Of a stretch of DNA of 64,000 nucleotides, positions 1 to 14,900 are shown piece by piece; position 1 is the first letter of the stretch; each line of letters opens with the position of its first letter. Source of the stretch: Octopus vulgaris. Taxonomy: Eukaryota. The notes beneath the pieces were generated by a model that saw only the letters and a list, made by a program, of their open reading frames with translations, ran no database searches and had not been told where the DNA came from. A program made the translations under genes and the position numbers. The DNA is taken from contig OX597817.1 in assembly GCA_951406725.2 (NCBI GenBank), positions 5,146,001-5,210,000 on the forward strand. Direction: 5' to 3'.

Positions 1-1979
1 CAGACAGTGGTTTGATCGTTAGTTCTCCTAGATAACATTCACCATGTACAAGTATAGTATGATCTTTGGCAGGCATAAATCAATAAGGCTGGAAATGCAG
101 CTGCAACATTTTTTCGACGCTTACAGTTTCACATTTTACTATATGTTATGCAATTTTGAGGAATTCTTAAAATGCTCGAACCAATCGCGATAAGAAGATT
201 TCACTTTCTGCAGAAGAAATGTTTTTTTATTTAGATTATCAATATAGAATTGAAGCTTAGCTTTCATTTAAATATTACGTAGCGAATATGGAGAGTTATG
301 CTGATACACGTGCACCGTCTCTGTGTCGCTTTATCTTTTTACCTTTTTCCCATTTTTATCTTTATGCAAGATTTATTATGAGTCAATTTTACTGCAGTTA
401 AACACATTACGCTTTGAAGACAAGTGATTTTTCAGCATTACTGCGAATTGTTCGTATGCTTCTTCAGCAGAAAATGTGCTCTTCCAATATCAACCCCTCA
501 CCAAATTTCAGCCTGATTCCATAGAGCAACAGAGAATAGTGCAGGTTAAGGTGTCAATAAAAAGGAGACAGAACCATGAATAAATATGTGCAATGTGAAA
601 GTTACGAGGAGAAACTAAAACGTGCGTTCAGTTTAAAACCAAATACAAAATGACTTCTACTTTGGAATCTGTCAGGCTTCGCACAAGTTCACTGTTCAGT
701 TGTTTACCTGTAATTTGTAAACTTGCATCATCTTTTATATTTTATTATTTCTTTTAATTTATTATAAAATTTATTCAAATACCTACATAAAAATCCAGAC
801 GAAATGTAGCTTGTAAGTCTGTAGCGGGACAGATTATAATTTACACACAGTATACCAAAGAAAGTAGATAACTTATAAAAAATTTTATGAATTATTACAT
901 ATGAAACAACCTCTAATTTAAAATGCAATACATTATATGTATATTACAAGAAATATTAAGCTTTGAAATAAAGTTTTCATTGTGTTGCACAATCTATATA
1001 AAACTAACCCGTATTTGCAGAAGTTTATAATACCGAGACATAATTCATTGTACGTCGATATAATATATCGAATCTTATTACTCCGACTGCAGATGACAGT
1101 TGGCAATTTCAAACGGCAATAAAAGGAAACACCGAAGCATTTTATATAAGATTAACCCCTTTCAAGACGCTCATTCAATATGTTTCCAAAATAAAATAAA
1201 AGATTTTTGCTACACAAGACTGGATCAAATGCATTATATATTGATGAAGTTATTGAAAACCAGATTTAGTTTAGTAATATGTCCATTCACTCAAGATGAG
1301 TCTTGGTGGATTCAAAAGTGAGTATATAATTGCTGTTATATTTGTTTTGTAAACGACAGACTATGCTGATGATCTTGCAGATGTTTGCGTATCCCATATA
1401 CGTAAATATTAACAAGTGAAACTAATTAGTACATAGGAAATGTTTTTTTTTACTTCGTACATTTTCATTTGTCTTGCTTATTTTTACACTTTGAATTTTT
1501 TGCAGAATTTTTCTTGAGAACACATTCTTCGTGGAAAATGGTGATTTTGACGTCTATATCTAGCATATAAGCTGTCCATGTTTTTAGTGGTCAGTCCTCT
1601 AAATTTTGTATGTAAAAGAATTTTCAATCTTCGGATTTTTTAAAAATATGCTAGGCCACTGGTTTTAGTTGATTGATATCAATTTCTACCCTTATTTAAT
1701 TTTAAATAATAAAAATGTTCTCTAGCCGGTTAATTGATTGCTGTAGTTTATTAACTACAGAGTAATTTCCGATCTCAGCGCCCCAAATTGAAGGCATTTT
1801 AAAGATACACATAAATATAATTTGTAGAACTTTCGATAGGCTGTCCATGTTTTTAGTGGTCAGTCGTTTAAATTTAGTATGTATATATACGTATATACGA
1901 ATGAACGTACACATACGTATTCATACATTTACATATACCTATGTATCCATACACAGACATAGGCACACATAGATTCATG

Positions 1980-2033
<54 letters not shown>

Positions 2034-2535
2034 GAGAGAGAGAGAGATGCATACACACACATCTAAATATTATTTTTATTAATGTCACTATTATTATCAT
2101 TTCACTTAGTAATATAGACATAGCGATGCTAATAACCTTGTGTTAGAACTTAATATAATTATGATTCAGAACAAAGGGTCAGTTGAGTATAGAGAAGAAA
2201 GACGTAATGCAATGAATAACAAGAGATTAAGTGTCTAGCAATTATGTTCATATCAATTTCTTATTCCTTTGTAATTTGTAAACACACCTACACACACGCA
2301 CCCAAACAAACACTCACACCTACACACACGCACCCAAACAAACACACACTCACGAATCGAAAGAAGTACACATACACAAACACACACACATATGCATGCA
2401 AACATTTTACAACCCTCACTTTTCGTGAGAAGAGGAACCTCAGAAAAGGTTTTCAACCCGAAATATAAAAATGCAAGGTAAAACTACAACTTTATTCAGT
2501 TCCTTTCAATCTGCAGTTTACTTTGTAACCTACGT

Positions 2536-2912
2536 AGCACTCCGTCCGTTACGACGACAAAGGTTCCAGTTGATCCGATCAACAGAACAACCTGCTCCTG
2601 AAATTAACGGGCAAGTGACTGAGCACCCCACGGTCACGTGTAATTTTAACGTAGTTCTCGGGGAGAATCATCGTAACACAGAGTATGAGAAGGCTGGCCC
2701 TTTGAAATGCCGGTACAACAGAAACAGGAAGAAAGAGACAGAGAAAGTTATGTTGAAAGAGTACATGAGGGTTAGCAACATACCCTTGCCGGAGGCTCGT
2801 GAAGCTTTAGGTGGCCTCGCTCGAGATACACTCACAACGCCCGTTCTGGAAATCGAAACCGCGACCTTACGAATGCGAGCCCGCTGTCCAAACCCACTGG
2901 GCTATTGCGCCT

Positions 2913-2914
<2 letters not shown>
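2536..2914 (-). mobile_element. tRNA-derived SINE, family C (RTE-like tail)
   Basis: Reverse complement begins GGAGGCGCAATAGCCCAGTGG with a B-box GGTTTCGATTTCC and ends GTCGTCGTAACGGACGGAGTGC; homologous along its length to 28067-28450. Confidence 0.85.
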
Positions 2915-2984
<70 letters not shown>

Positions 2985-2987
<3 letters not shown>

Positions 2988-3465
2988 TTTGAGGGAATAT
3001 TAATACAAACTTACAGGGGAAAAAATTAGTGACTATATTTATATCGAAGTGATTTTACTACTACTATTAATTTTTTTATTATAATCATTTCTTAAATATA
3101 GCCACGAAACAGGTGTCGTTATTCTACCAATTATATTCGTTTTTATTATTTTTTTGCAATTTACTCAATCATTGGTATTTTATTGTTAATTTTAATATTT
3201 GTATTATATGTAATTTTCTAGATGATGTAATTTAATTGTTCATTTTGAATTGATAAAATGTGTTTTTTTCTAATTATATATATATATATATATATGGCCA
3301 GATAACCGAAGAGATGGTCGTGTGGATTTCCACCTCGGCATCCGAAACTCAGAGTTATATCTTGGCTAATGAATATTTTTCACATATTATTTTACAGATA
3401 AATTCCTCTATTTGCATAATATTGAGGTCTCTTTCTTTCTTTTGTTATCTTACTGTTTTTACCAA
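2985..3465. mobile_element. Penelope-like pLTR remnants with two degenerate hammerhead motifs, between (TA)n arrays
   Basis: 3029-3120 has helix II GTGACTATATTT/AAATATAGCCAC followed by GAAAC-AGGT-GTC, but lacks the CUGA box. 3301-3360 reads CCGAAGA-GATG..CATC-CGAAAC. Confidence 0.5.
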
Positions 3466-3466
3466 C

Positions 3467-3573
<107 letters not shown>

Positions 3574-4015
3574 TATAGATATAGATATATATGCACGTGT
3601 GTGTGTTTGTAAGTATTATGGACAGCATAGCCGCCTATTCACTACTGCGACCACATACACATGTTACTGAGGCAAGCTGGAAAATGTGTTGTCGGAGGTA
3701 TCTAGGGTGTTAAAAGGATGCGCTATAATAAAAAATATATAATTATATAAGGGAAACTACTGAGTAACGCCACAAGGTAGATGACGACGCCAATTGACTC
3801 TTAAACCCTTTACCGTCCTTAGTATGACATAACCGAAAGTATATAATTATGAACATTTTTACATACCATACAAGCACAATGCATTCACATTGCTTATACA
3901 AATGTTCCCATTTATATACAAGTTAAATATAGTTCGTTCATCTCAGCCACATGTGAATAACAAAAATAATTCACCAGTGAATAAATTTGCTTTAAGTGAA
4001 TTTATATTTATCATT

Positions 4016-4383
4016 ATAATCAAAGATTAAATCTGTATAGGACTTTATCAAGTAGCTAGCATGTAAAACCCATTTCGGTAAAAATTAATGCAAAATTTTT
4101 AATTTTATGAATATAATTATAAAATTATAATAAAATCAACTACATGCTAGAAGAGGCGCCAAATGGCTCTAAGACTACCTTAGTTATCACATAGACACGG
4201 GCTGAAAGTGATAAATAAGGTAGTTTTAGAGCCATTTCACGTTTTCTTCTATTTACACTATTTGTCTATCAAACAGTAGTTGCACTTATATTTATAAATA
4301 GTAAATAAATTGTTCTTATTCTTACCTAAACGGGATTTTACATACTAGCTACTTGATAAAGTCTTATATAGATTTTATTCTTG

Positions 4384-4388
<5 letters not shown>
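4016..4388. repeat. diverged palindromic (fold-back) element
   Basis: Outer arms 4016-4082 and 4322-4388 (GACTTTATCAAGTAGCTAG vs CTAGCTACTTGATAAAGTC); inner arms 4161-4190 and 4208-4237. Confidence 0.8.
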
Positions 4389-4436
<48 letters not shown>

Positions 4437-4476
4437 AAGGCAAGTATTGAATAACGCCACATGTTAAAGGAAAACG

Positions 4477-4527
<51 letters not shown>

Positions 4528-4600
4528 GTATGTATATGAATCCTCACGCGCACACTGTTATATAGGTACGTGTGTAATATTTGTTCACTAAATATTAGTG

Positions 4601-4684
<84 letters not shown>

Positions 4685-5139
4685 TGTATGTATATCCACG
4701 CATGTATGTTCACGAAAGAAATCAGGAAATAGATACTCATTTTAATTTCATAATATTATTTATATTATCTTTACAATCAAAAGTGTAGACATCTATCTTT
4801 CAAGTGTAAAAACACGCCAAGCATAACGGTGACGTCTCTGGTATACCATAGCTCTTTGTGCAAAAAAGAAATAAATATCTATGCAATAATATATCGCATT
4901 TATCACAACAATGTCGCCTATTGTTTGCACGCAACGAAGATGTTCGAAAAGATATTTCCGGTTATGTGAAAGTTTGTATGTAAAGCAGTTAACAATGTTA
5001 TCTCTCTATTCCTATCTTCCTTCACCCGATTCTGTTGCTCGTACCTATTTACACTATTTGTCTATCAAACAAAGTGTGTAATACATAGACAGACACATAA
5101 GTGTTTGTATGTATAGCTGCTCATACACTTGCCGGCATT

Positions 5140-5170
<31 letters not shown>

Positions 5171-5174
5171 AAGA

Positions 5175-5212
<38 letters not shown>

Positions 5213-5360
5213 ATTTTTTCCAAAATTCTGACTTTTTTCTCAATATTCAATTCTGTACATCACACCTAATGCTGTATACACACACACACACACACACACT
5301 CACACACACAAACACACATACACACACACACACACATATATACATATATATATATATACA

Positions 5361-5466
5361 CACGAGAGCTGTATGAAATATTTTGAGCCTTCAAGGCCTT
5401 TGGGCCTTGATGTCTTGTACCATGTTTTGATTTTTGAGGCTCAAGACTTTTCATACACCCCTCGTA
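5361..5466. mobile_element. Tc1/mariner-type MITE, about 105 bp
   Basis: About 30-bp imperfect TIRs (CGAGAGCTGTATGAAATATTTTGAGCCT ... AGGCTCAAGACTTTTCATACACCCCTCGTA); the right end is the mariner-like TACGAGGGG terminus in reverse. Confidence 0.75.
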
Positions 5467-6562
5467 TTCAGACACCAGTTTTCGAAGACTAGCAACACGC
5501 TTGAAACTCAGGAGTACCAAGGAGTCTGAATCGAACTCTTTTGATATTTACATGTAACTCCCAATAAATGTATTGAGTGCCCTTCTTTCGTTTGTCTACT
5601 CACTCGTATATATGTGTGGGTGGGTGTATGTGTGTGTGTGTGTAATCCAGTTCTAACTGTCGCATATCAGGATCCTGTCCACTTGACCAACGATGTATGA
5701 CCAAATCTGTCATATATGAGTCAGAAGGTACTTCAAAGGTAAATAATAATACAACTGTTAAGAAAACCACTTTGCATTATGTGAAGATGAATTTAAAAAT
5801 CGCAATGCCAATCACATAGCCTCCTTCAAAAATAGGGACAAAAGTAAAGCTACTAAGCTGTATAGCTACGTATGGACTTTGAAAGCTAACGAAACACCGC
5901 ATGTGATTTAATGAAACTAAATGGGAAATCCACAATTTATGTGAATGGATCGTATAAATTTAGACTTCGTTTGGCTGAAAGAGCGCACATTCTCTTCAAA
6001 TCTAAGATTCCTAACTCTCTAGTGAACTCCAGGTCATACATTTTCAGTGGTTTCATGCAGATATATAAATATATTTTGAAGAACTGGAAAATTCCGCCTT
6101 TTCCTGACCGACTTCATATGTTTCCAGCCGTATTTTTTAAGGACTAAGGAGAATAGCTCTTTTATCATTTTATCTTTATTTTTTACATTGTAGTTTCTCA
6201 CTATTCAGTGACACTCCTACTATTCCTCATGATTGGATGAGAGTAATAGTAGGCATAGAGACGGTGAGGGCGGTGGCGAAAACAGAGAGAAAGAAAAAAA
6301 TGAGGGAGAAGAACAGACGCAAAATAATTTAGGGAGAGTTGATGTTTTATTAAAAGTAGTAGCGTTGAGGGTGGCGAGGGAGTAATAATAAAAAGGAGAG
6401 AAAAAGTAGGTATGTGAAAGAAAGAAGGGAGAAGATGTACAACTCTGTTTAACCATGTCTCTTTGACAGAACATTTCTGTCGCCAACATACTAAACACTA
6501 TAATTTTTGTTTTATTATTTGCTTTCTTTAATACACACACACAAACGCACAAGCAAACACAC

Positions 6563-6642
<80 letters not shown>

Positions 6643-7497
6643 AATACACTTTAATTGAAATAAAGTTTCCTTAAAATTAATCATTTAATATAATAAATGC
6701 GAAAAGTAATTTGTGTGTGCCAGTGTGTCAAATTGTGAGCCCCTCTCTCACAATTCAATGACACTTCTCATATTGCTCATGTTCGGGTGAGATTATAAGC
6801 AGGCATAGAGACGGTGTTGATGGTGGCAGTAGGAGTAATAATAAGAGAGAGAGAAAGAGAGACTGAACACTGACCCAACATACTGAACTAATATACTGGA
6901 CAGTGAATTCTTTTACGCATACATTTAGCCATTTTGTGTTGGTTATGGGGTGATAGTAATAGTATGGAGTGCAGTTGTGATAGAGGTAGAGTCAGCGGTG
7001 ATGATGGTGGTGGTGGTATCCGAAGTGGTCACGGATGAGGGTGAGATTAAACGATGTGAACGTCAGTGGTGATGTTGGTGGTGGTGTGGAAGGCGGCGAA
7101 TTCAAAAGTATTAATGGTAGTGGCATCAGAAGTCTGATTGGTGTGTGTATGTCAAATGTGGTGGCGATGGTGTTGACGCTGTTGTTTATCATGCAGCTTT
7201 GTAAAAAGTTCCAAATCGACAAATTATATCATTGTTTAGATGAAAGTTGTTCATTGCTTGATAAATATTGTTCAAGTTTAGTAATATTTAATATGTACTC
7301 AATGTATGGAGTATCACTGTTGGGCCGAAGGCCTAATGAAGAACCTTCCACAGGAGCTAGCTTAAAAGCTGCCCGATAGCAACTACTATACCGCTACTAA
7401 TTTCATCTAGTGATGAGAATGACCAAATTGTGAACAAACAAGTAGAGCTATACGTGGTCAGCCGAGCAGTTATCAAAAGAAAACAATGCATATAGAA

Positions 7498-7915
7498 GCA
7501 GGGATGGTTGTGTGGTAAGACGTTTTGCCTCGCGATCACACAGTTTCTGGTTCAGTCCCACTGCTTGGCACCTTGGCCAAGTGTCTTCTACAATACACTC
7601 TGACCGAATGAAGCCACGTGAGTGGGCTTGATAGATGGAAAATGAAAGAACGCCGTTATATATTTGTGTGTGTGTATGTGTGTGCCTGTCTGTCTATGCG
7701 TCTGTGTCTTTTTGTCTGTCTTTGTCCCTACCACCGCTTCACATTGTGTTTACGTCCTTATAAGATTAGCGGTTTGGCCAAAGAGATCGATAGAATAAGT
7801 ATCAATCTTTAAAAGAAAATAAGTACTGGAGTAGATTAGTTCTGCTACAATTCCTCAAGGCGGTGCCGCAGCATGGCCACAATGTAATGACTGAAACCAG
7901 TAAAAGATAAAACAT
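7498..7915 (+). mobile_element. tRNA-derived SINE, family A (diverged)
   Basis: Homologous to 23047 and 28937 copies: TGTGTGGTAAG, GGTTCAGTCCCACTG, GGCACCTTGG, and a 3' GGCGGTGC..CAGCATGGCC. Confidence 0.8.
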
Positions 7916-8639
7916 AAGAGATGTATCGTCTAATACCGTTATATATCAGAGAAGAATGTGACAATGTTTACAACAGTGTTTAAACAGCTACAAAAACAAC
8001 TGTAACAAAAGCTGTCAGAACACAGTTTCCATCATCATCATCATCATCAACAACATTACTAAAAGCAACATAGACGGACTCACTGGTCTTGCAAGAGACG
8101 CCAATAAACTCTTTAACTTACACCAGGCTGTCTTGAAAAGTTAGTGTCATATTGGATAATTTATTCATTGTTCTACTATGTCTGAGAGAAGGCCGTTTTC
8201 TTCATGGCAGGAATATTTTTTATTATACTTCTGCTCATTAGAGGTTAATCTGGAGTAAAACTCTAACAAAGAGCAGGACGATTATTTAGAGACGCGTCTG
8301 TAGTCTTGGTGGTGTCGGTTGTGGCGTTGGTGATGTCGATTTTGGTGTAAGTCACAATGATATTGATTTTAATGTTGCTTTCGCTGGCGTTGTTAGTGAC
8401 AATGGTGGTGTTAGTAACGGTATTAACATTGGTGAAGGTGGTGGTAGATACTGACGATGTAGATTCTATTGTTGTTATTCCAAATATCTAGACTCAGATC
8501 GATCAAATCAATTTTGAAAGTTGATCCCATCTTTATATTATTTTTTTAAACAATATTCTGTACCTAAATATAAATTTGCCAATATAAACTATTTTTCAGA
8601 AGATAGAATGTGCTTTGGCTTATATTTTTAGATACTGAA

Positions 8640-8830
8640 CTGATAAAGTCGTTAACATACTGAACAAAATGCTTCATAGCATTTCTTTTGACTCTGTACT
8701 TTCTGGGTTCAATTTCTACCGAGAAATTTACCTTTCATCCTTTTAGGGTCGACAGTTTAGCGATGGGATCGTTGTAATTTATGTACGCCCTCCTTAAAAA
8801 CTGCTGGCTGTGTGCGAAAATTTGAAGCCA
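8640..8830 (+). mobile_element. SINE family B, degraded
   Basis: Contains TTCTGGGTTCAATTTC..CCTTTCATCCTTTTAGGGTCGA, matching the body of the 26175 copy. Confidence 0.55.
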
Positions 8831-11800
8831 TTAATTCTGGAGACTTGAGCAACAATGTCGAGGCTTCCTTGTATGATTCCTTTTCCCTTCAACAATATGT
8901 CATTGGTAATCATTTTTCAACCGTAAAACAGTGAGATCAATATTCCCAAACTTCCAATTGTTTCATGCTTATGAGGAATTGATAGCTTCAGCAGTTTTGT
9001 ATTTTCATTGTTTGATGAATTTCAGCTTGTATATTCTATAGATCAACTGTTTCGATGGGTTGCTAATTTAATTCTGGAGTTGTTTGATGGCTTGGTAATT
9101 TTAGTTAAATGGTAATTAACATTTCGTAATTTTGTCGTCTCAGAGTCATATGATTTGACAGTTTTTAGAAGTTTAGTAGTTTGTTGGTGTTTTGCTGTTA
9201 ATTGATTTTGTAGTTTTAATGGTGAGACTTAGCAGTAATTTTCTTTGTAGTTTTTACTGGTTAGCCTAAGAACTGAAACTGATCTATTTCCTCCTACGTC
9301 CTATTTCTTCCTGCTAGAAAAAGCCGATATAATGTAAAGAGTTCATATTTGTAATTCATCTTCGGCATACAGTTCAAATTGGGAACCGTTAAGCACTCCA
9401 TCATCTCGCCAATCTCCTCACATACACTATGGCTATACATCTCCCTCCTCCTCCTCTCTCTATTTCTTTCTCTATGTCTCTCTTCCTCCCTCGTATCACA
9501 CACCGTATAGTTGTATATATATCTCAGAATAAATCTAGATTACTTATCCTAGGTTAGGCCAAGTTGGACCAAGTTTGGATGGGATCCGGTGAGGTTTTAT
9601 TTAATTAAAGAGTTGTTATTCAAATTATTAGTAAGTTGTTTCTTAATTAGTTAGATAAGTAATAAAGAGTATATATTTTAGCAGAAAATCATATAGAATA
9701 TGAGATGTCCAGGCATTCAGAATGAGGCATTTAAATTGTCTTTTGCCGAGATTTAAATATCGATGCGCTCTCAATTTACCTGACGTTGATCATGTTTTTT
9801 AACTACTTTGTTTTATAAATAAATGACTCAGTTCTCTGGTAGATTCGGCATGTAACAGCAGGGAGAGTCTGAACAGATTCAGTTCTATATATCAGACATT
9901 CCACCGAATTACCAAAATTAAAGACTTTTAGTTGTGTCAAACCAAATAACAGTAAAATTACAGTTCTCTTTCAATCAAATCCAAAGTTCTGGCCAGTAGA
10001 CATCTCTTTTACCTTTATGTTTTCCTTTTCGTGATACCGTAACAAGTAAAACTTTACCGCTTGCCTACATAGTTTATATTAAGTGAGTGGGTTTAAGGGC
10101 AGAGCTTACTTCCGTCTGAAATTCGGTCAAGCTAATGAAAGTCGGTCAATCTACTGAAAGATGGCAAACATTTAAAGAATAATTTCTGCTCACTTCCCTC
10201 CATATATTACACTTCACCGATTTCTCTCTCTCTCTCTCCCTCTCTCTCACACACTCTCCCGCTCTTCCCCTACCTCTCTCTCTCTCTCGTTCGCTCTACC
10301 CTCTCACTGCCTTCCTGATTTTCTCGCACATGCATACGCACACGTACAACACATATGTATGATTGTGTATCCACGTGTGCGTGTGCGCTCCTCTGTTTGT
10401 AAGACTTCTGTTGATGATGTTTAGCTTCCATATCAGTCAGCTGCGATGAAGTATTTTGTTTGCAAAGTCATCCCAACTGTAACCATCTCGTTTTTCATGC
10501 AGATTTTGTGTACCAGGGACTACGTTAACCAAGGAACATTTCCTTTTTAAGTATAGCAGGATGTGACTAAATGAGATTTACCTATTATTTAATGCTTGGT
10601 TAGTCGAGCGACTCCGTTCATGTTTTGTCGTTAGTCTTTTTATGTATGTGTGTACGCATTTGTAAACGTGTATATGTTTGTGAACTTGGTGTATGTGTGC
10701 GCGTGTGTATGTAAAATGAAGAAAGAGGAAGAGTGAACTAAAGAACAGGCGCTAATATTTCTTTGTTAATGAGGTGTTAAAATTGCACCAAACTGTAGAT
10801 CATAGAACTTATATGACATTATTTCCCCTTTGCTTTCTGTGTTTATATTGATCTACTTTGCGTCTCAAAATGATGGTAAAAATACGGCGCAGCAAATACT
10901 TTTAATGTACTTGCATTTATTGTGTACGTTTTTGAAATGCCCACTTATAAGATCGATGACACGATGAATATCAGTTAAATATGAACATAAAACCGCTTCA
11001 AATAAGGAAATGAATTTGATTGAGTTGGTAAAATATCAGGGTATCGCACAAAGTCCCAAAATATGATTTATGAGACAGTCAATAAATGATTTAATTGATA
11101 AGGGTCAATCCAAACACATGCTCTGCTAACAAAATAAACAGATCAAACCAAATACAGTCATCGTTGATATTTTAAACATGTGATGTCAATATAATAAAAA
11201 AAAACTTGTAAATATTATTGAGATGTTCATTAGTGTGTGTGTGCGTCTGATAGAAAGAGTAGGAAAGGGTGTGTGTAGTATTCGAGGATTCCTTTTTTTT
11301 TTTTTTAGTAATATGTCTTCTCGTGTGAAATATAGGAATATTTTTTTAATATATTTAACGAAGAAGAAAGCTAGTTTCATAGAAAACTATGGTTGAGTAA
11401 ACTCCGACAATATTAATCTGCAATAACCAACTAAAAGCATGGATGTGGTTTTTGGCTTGCTAGAGATAGCAGCCAAATATTTTTCCACATTGCCATCTAA
11501 AAAAGGGAAAGCAAAGCGGTAAATGTAATCTAGAGTATACAAAATATAAAGTATTAGGTATTCAGAATATGCTGTATCAAGAATAAATGGATGGAAGTAT
11601 CACATCTAGAATGTATTTCATTACAGGATCAATCATAGCCGACTTGTAAAAGAACAACAGCAAAAACTACAACTTCTATGATATTAATTTTTATTTTAAA
11701 CTGATAGCGGATGGATGTGTGGTATGCGGTTTTACACTCGTGACTTTTTTTTTTTTCAAAACAGTAAATAGATAAAATAATTTAGATATTGCTTTCTTCC

Positions 11801-13294
11801 TTAGGAATTTAGTGAGTATGGATAAATGACGGAATGAATTCTGGTAAGAATTTGGGTTCTTAAATTGTTGGTAATGCGAAACAGAGACAACAATCAAACG
11901 TAATGAAATGGTAATTCAGGACATAGATATCCGAGAAAAAGTGTAAGGCATTTCATATGCTCCTTTTAAGACTTTGCCAAATATTACTCGTTTATTTGAA
12001 AAGTATTGAATTTTGACTTAAACACTATGCTGTTAGTCTATAATAGACGCCTCTAAAGGGCATTGCGAGCGAGAGTAAAGTTAGCTGGTTCCAATCGTGG
12101 ATTGAAACAGTATTTCGCAGAGAATTTTAAGATATTACACATCCCTCTGCAATGCTGGCCAATTGTGAAATGTTCTACGCCTTTTCAACTACTTACTGAA
12201 CATTGATGCTTCTATGAACAGATGCTGCACAAATATCTCTCAGTGCAGACATTTGAACTTAATCTCATATTACATACGACTAATTACCCAGTCACAACTG
12301 CTTCTATTCTTCTCATTGTTCTTAAGCGTCTTCAATACACACTTCACTAATTAAAGTTAATAATATGAAGTAAGAAATCTAGTGATAATTTGTAAAATCA
12401 ATGAGTAAGAATAAACATTTCAAAGGTAGTGTATATAAATTTGTTTTTAGTTTGAATACGAGGTCAGTCTGAATGCACCAAGCAATACCATGTATTGGAG
12501 AAGCCTTTTGAAGGTATCAAATAAGGAAGTCGATAATCGTACATTAAAGGAAAATAAGGAATAATATAGATTACGAGCAGGTAAATGAGAAAATAAGGAG
12601 CTACAACGAAGTAGAGGTCACAAGGTGACATGAGTTCGACAGCTGTTAAAGAGAGATAACAACATCTGTGGTAAATTTGAAAACCCTGGAAGACATTGCG
12701 AGATTCAAAGGCAACGATGAAATGACGTGCAAGAGTGCTGGGAATATATGTACACTAACTTTATTGTTTCTTCAGAGTTGTGAAAGTCAGCCATCCGAAT
12801 TGTATCAATCAACAAGAGTTGACTGAGTTATCGAACATCAGATAAGATGATCTTACCAGTGTGGAAGAGCTTGGTGTAGCTTGAGAGTAATGATTATACT
12901 CGTGCGCTTTTTATATACCAGTAATATAAGGTTTCATACAGTTGCATCATTATTAGAAACTGTATAGATGAGGGTGGAATGCGTTAGAATTACTAGGGAG
13001 TCCAAGAACAAAGTTAATGCAAATTAATTTATTTTTTACGTTCCATGGCGCATCCAGGTGAGATCGATACCACAAGTACTTGTCATATATTACCATCGAC
13101 CTAACCGACTATTTCCTTCAACTAATTTTAAACCTTGTGCCAATATTCAAAATCGCTTCAGACTCAATGAGTTGTATATGTGTTTAACAGAAAATATTTA
13201 TATTTTGAATTAAGAAAGCAAACGAGTATTCAACTTTATTATCACATCAGATTCAAAAGTTAAATTGAAATATTTGTGTTGTATGTATGTATAT

Positions 13295-13325
<31 letters not shown>

Positions 13326-14576
13326 ATGAAAGTATCTTGTTTATTACAATGTAACAATAAATAACATAATATCTACATTTTTATTTAAGTGACATGTATT
13401 AAAATGTTGCCACTATATTGCAAAATAAGTTATTCATGTTCAAAAGGGCAATAATAGAAGATAGAAGTTTCATAATAAAGGATGTATTGATGTGTGGACT
13501 AATATATGCATTATATGTATGTGAATTGATGTTAGTTCATAACCCTATTCTCAATCTTATTATATCGAAAATTATATCGTTATGTGAAGTTTATTATGCA
13601 TACCTGTATGATATATCACGCATTATACATATCTCTGTAATATGAAATTCAGACGGTTTAATAGGAAAAGAAAATTAGATATAAGAACAGAAATTATTGC
13701 TTTTCCAATTCTGATAACACTATTAGAGCCCAAATTTATCAAAATATTTAAAATAAAAGTGAGTGAAAGAGAAAGATTAGAGTAGCTTTTTGAATCAGGC
13801 GAGCAGTGGTTTTGAGAAAGAATGATTGCATTTTTCAATTTCTATACCTACTTTTGCTGCCGGTTTTCAATTAGTCCTTAACAATTCTTTACGCATTTAT
13901 ATAGAACACAGAAGAATATGCGATAACCTCCTGACAAACGGAACGACAATGCTAATTTCATTGAATGCTTACAACAATCCATGTAATTAAATCTCTAGTA
14001 GCTGTAAGAAAACCGAGACCGTCACAAAATTGGATTTGTCCTTTCTTGAATAAAAAGGCATGCGTTGAACCAAAATATATCTATTTTTATTCATAATATT
14101 GTTTTGTTTTACCTTCCAGGATCCATAGTTGAGATTTTGTATTTACTTCGTATTTTCATTACTCAGGAGACAGAGATGAAATATGTAGCAGCTCTAAATT
14201 GCGATTTCTAGGATATTATGTCGACCATTTAAACGGGAGATTCGAAGTAGCAACTAGATCAAGTATTGACAGCCTTTTTGCAACCTATTGGTGGGGTTAT
14301 AGTCTAGTCAAAATTCTAGCGGAGCAAATGAGAAAGTATGTTATACTCTCTTTGGCGGAGTTACAATGGAAGGTGGCCGTAAAATTTTCTTATTAGATTT
14401 GTGCGGGTAACTTATTGGACTTATTTGGACGTATTTCTTCCCTACAGGTAGTCGGAGCCATAACGAGACAAAAACTCTATATTTCTTGAAAACAAAATGT
14501 ACAAGCCCACTAATAATTTATTCATTCGGTTATATTTACCGTTAGCAGTACCATACGGTAAATATAATAAATACGT

Positions 14577-14900
14577 AGGTGCGTAGTCAAGTGATAACGG
14601 GCGTTGGACTCGTGATCATAAGGTCGTGTTTCCGGTTCTTACACTGGGTGGCAAGTTGTGTCCTTCACTAGTTATTTCATTTCTTGATTCTCCTGACTAT
14701 TCAGTTGAAGATGAGTACCAGCACAAGCTGGGACAACTTTTATCTTTTTTGCTGTCACAGATCTACGTCCCGCTTTCTGTTACATGCATGGGAGGGCCGA
14801 GAGAGTATCTATGTATGTTCCTGTCTATATAGGTATCTAAAATAATTATCGAGATATAGTACAGTACATGCAACCAAATCATACGCGCTTTGCATCTGAC
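14577..14900 (+). mobile_element. degraded tRNA-headed SINE
   Basis: Head GGTGCGTAGTCAAGTGATAA..GGACTCGTGATCATAAGGTCGTG resembles the heads of families C and D. Confidence 0.45.

Noticed and set aside
2471-2992. 173-aa ORF, the longest in the track
   Set aside because: Antisense read-through of a family C SINE into (TA)n.
13640-14400. Possible decayed PLE (IVVPFVRRLS, minus strand) and Tc1-like (GYYV..SSIDSL) fragments
   Set aside because: The matches are too short and degenerate to support a call.
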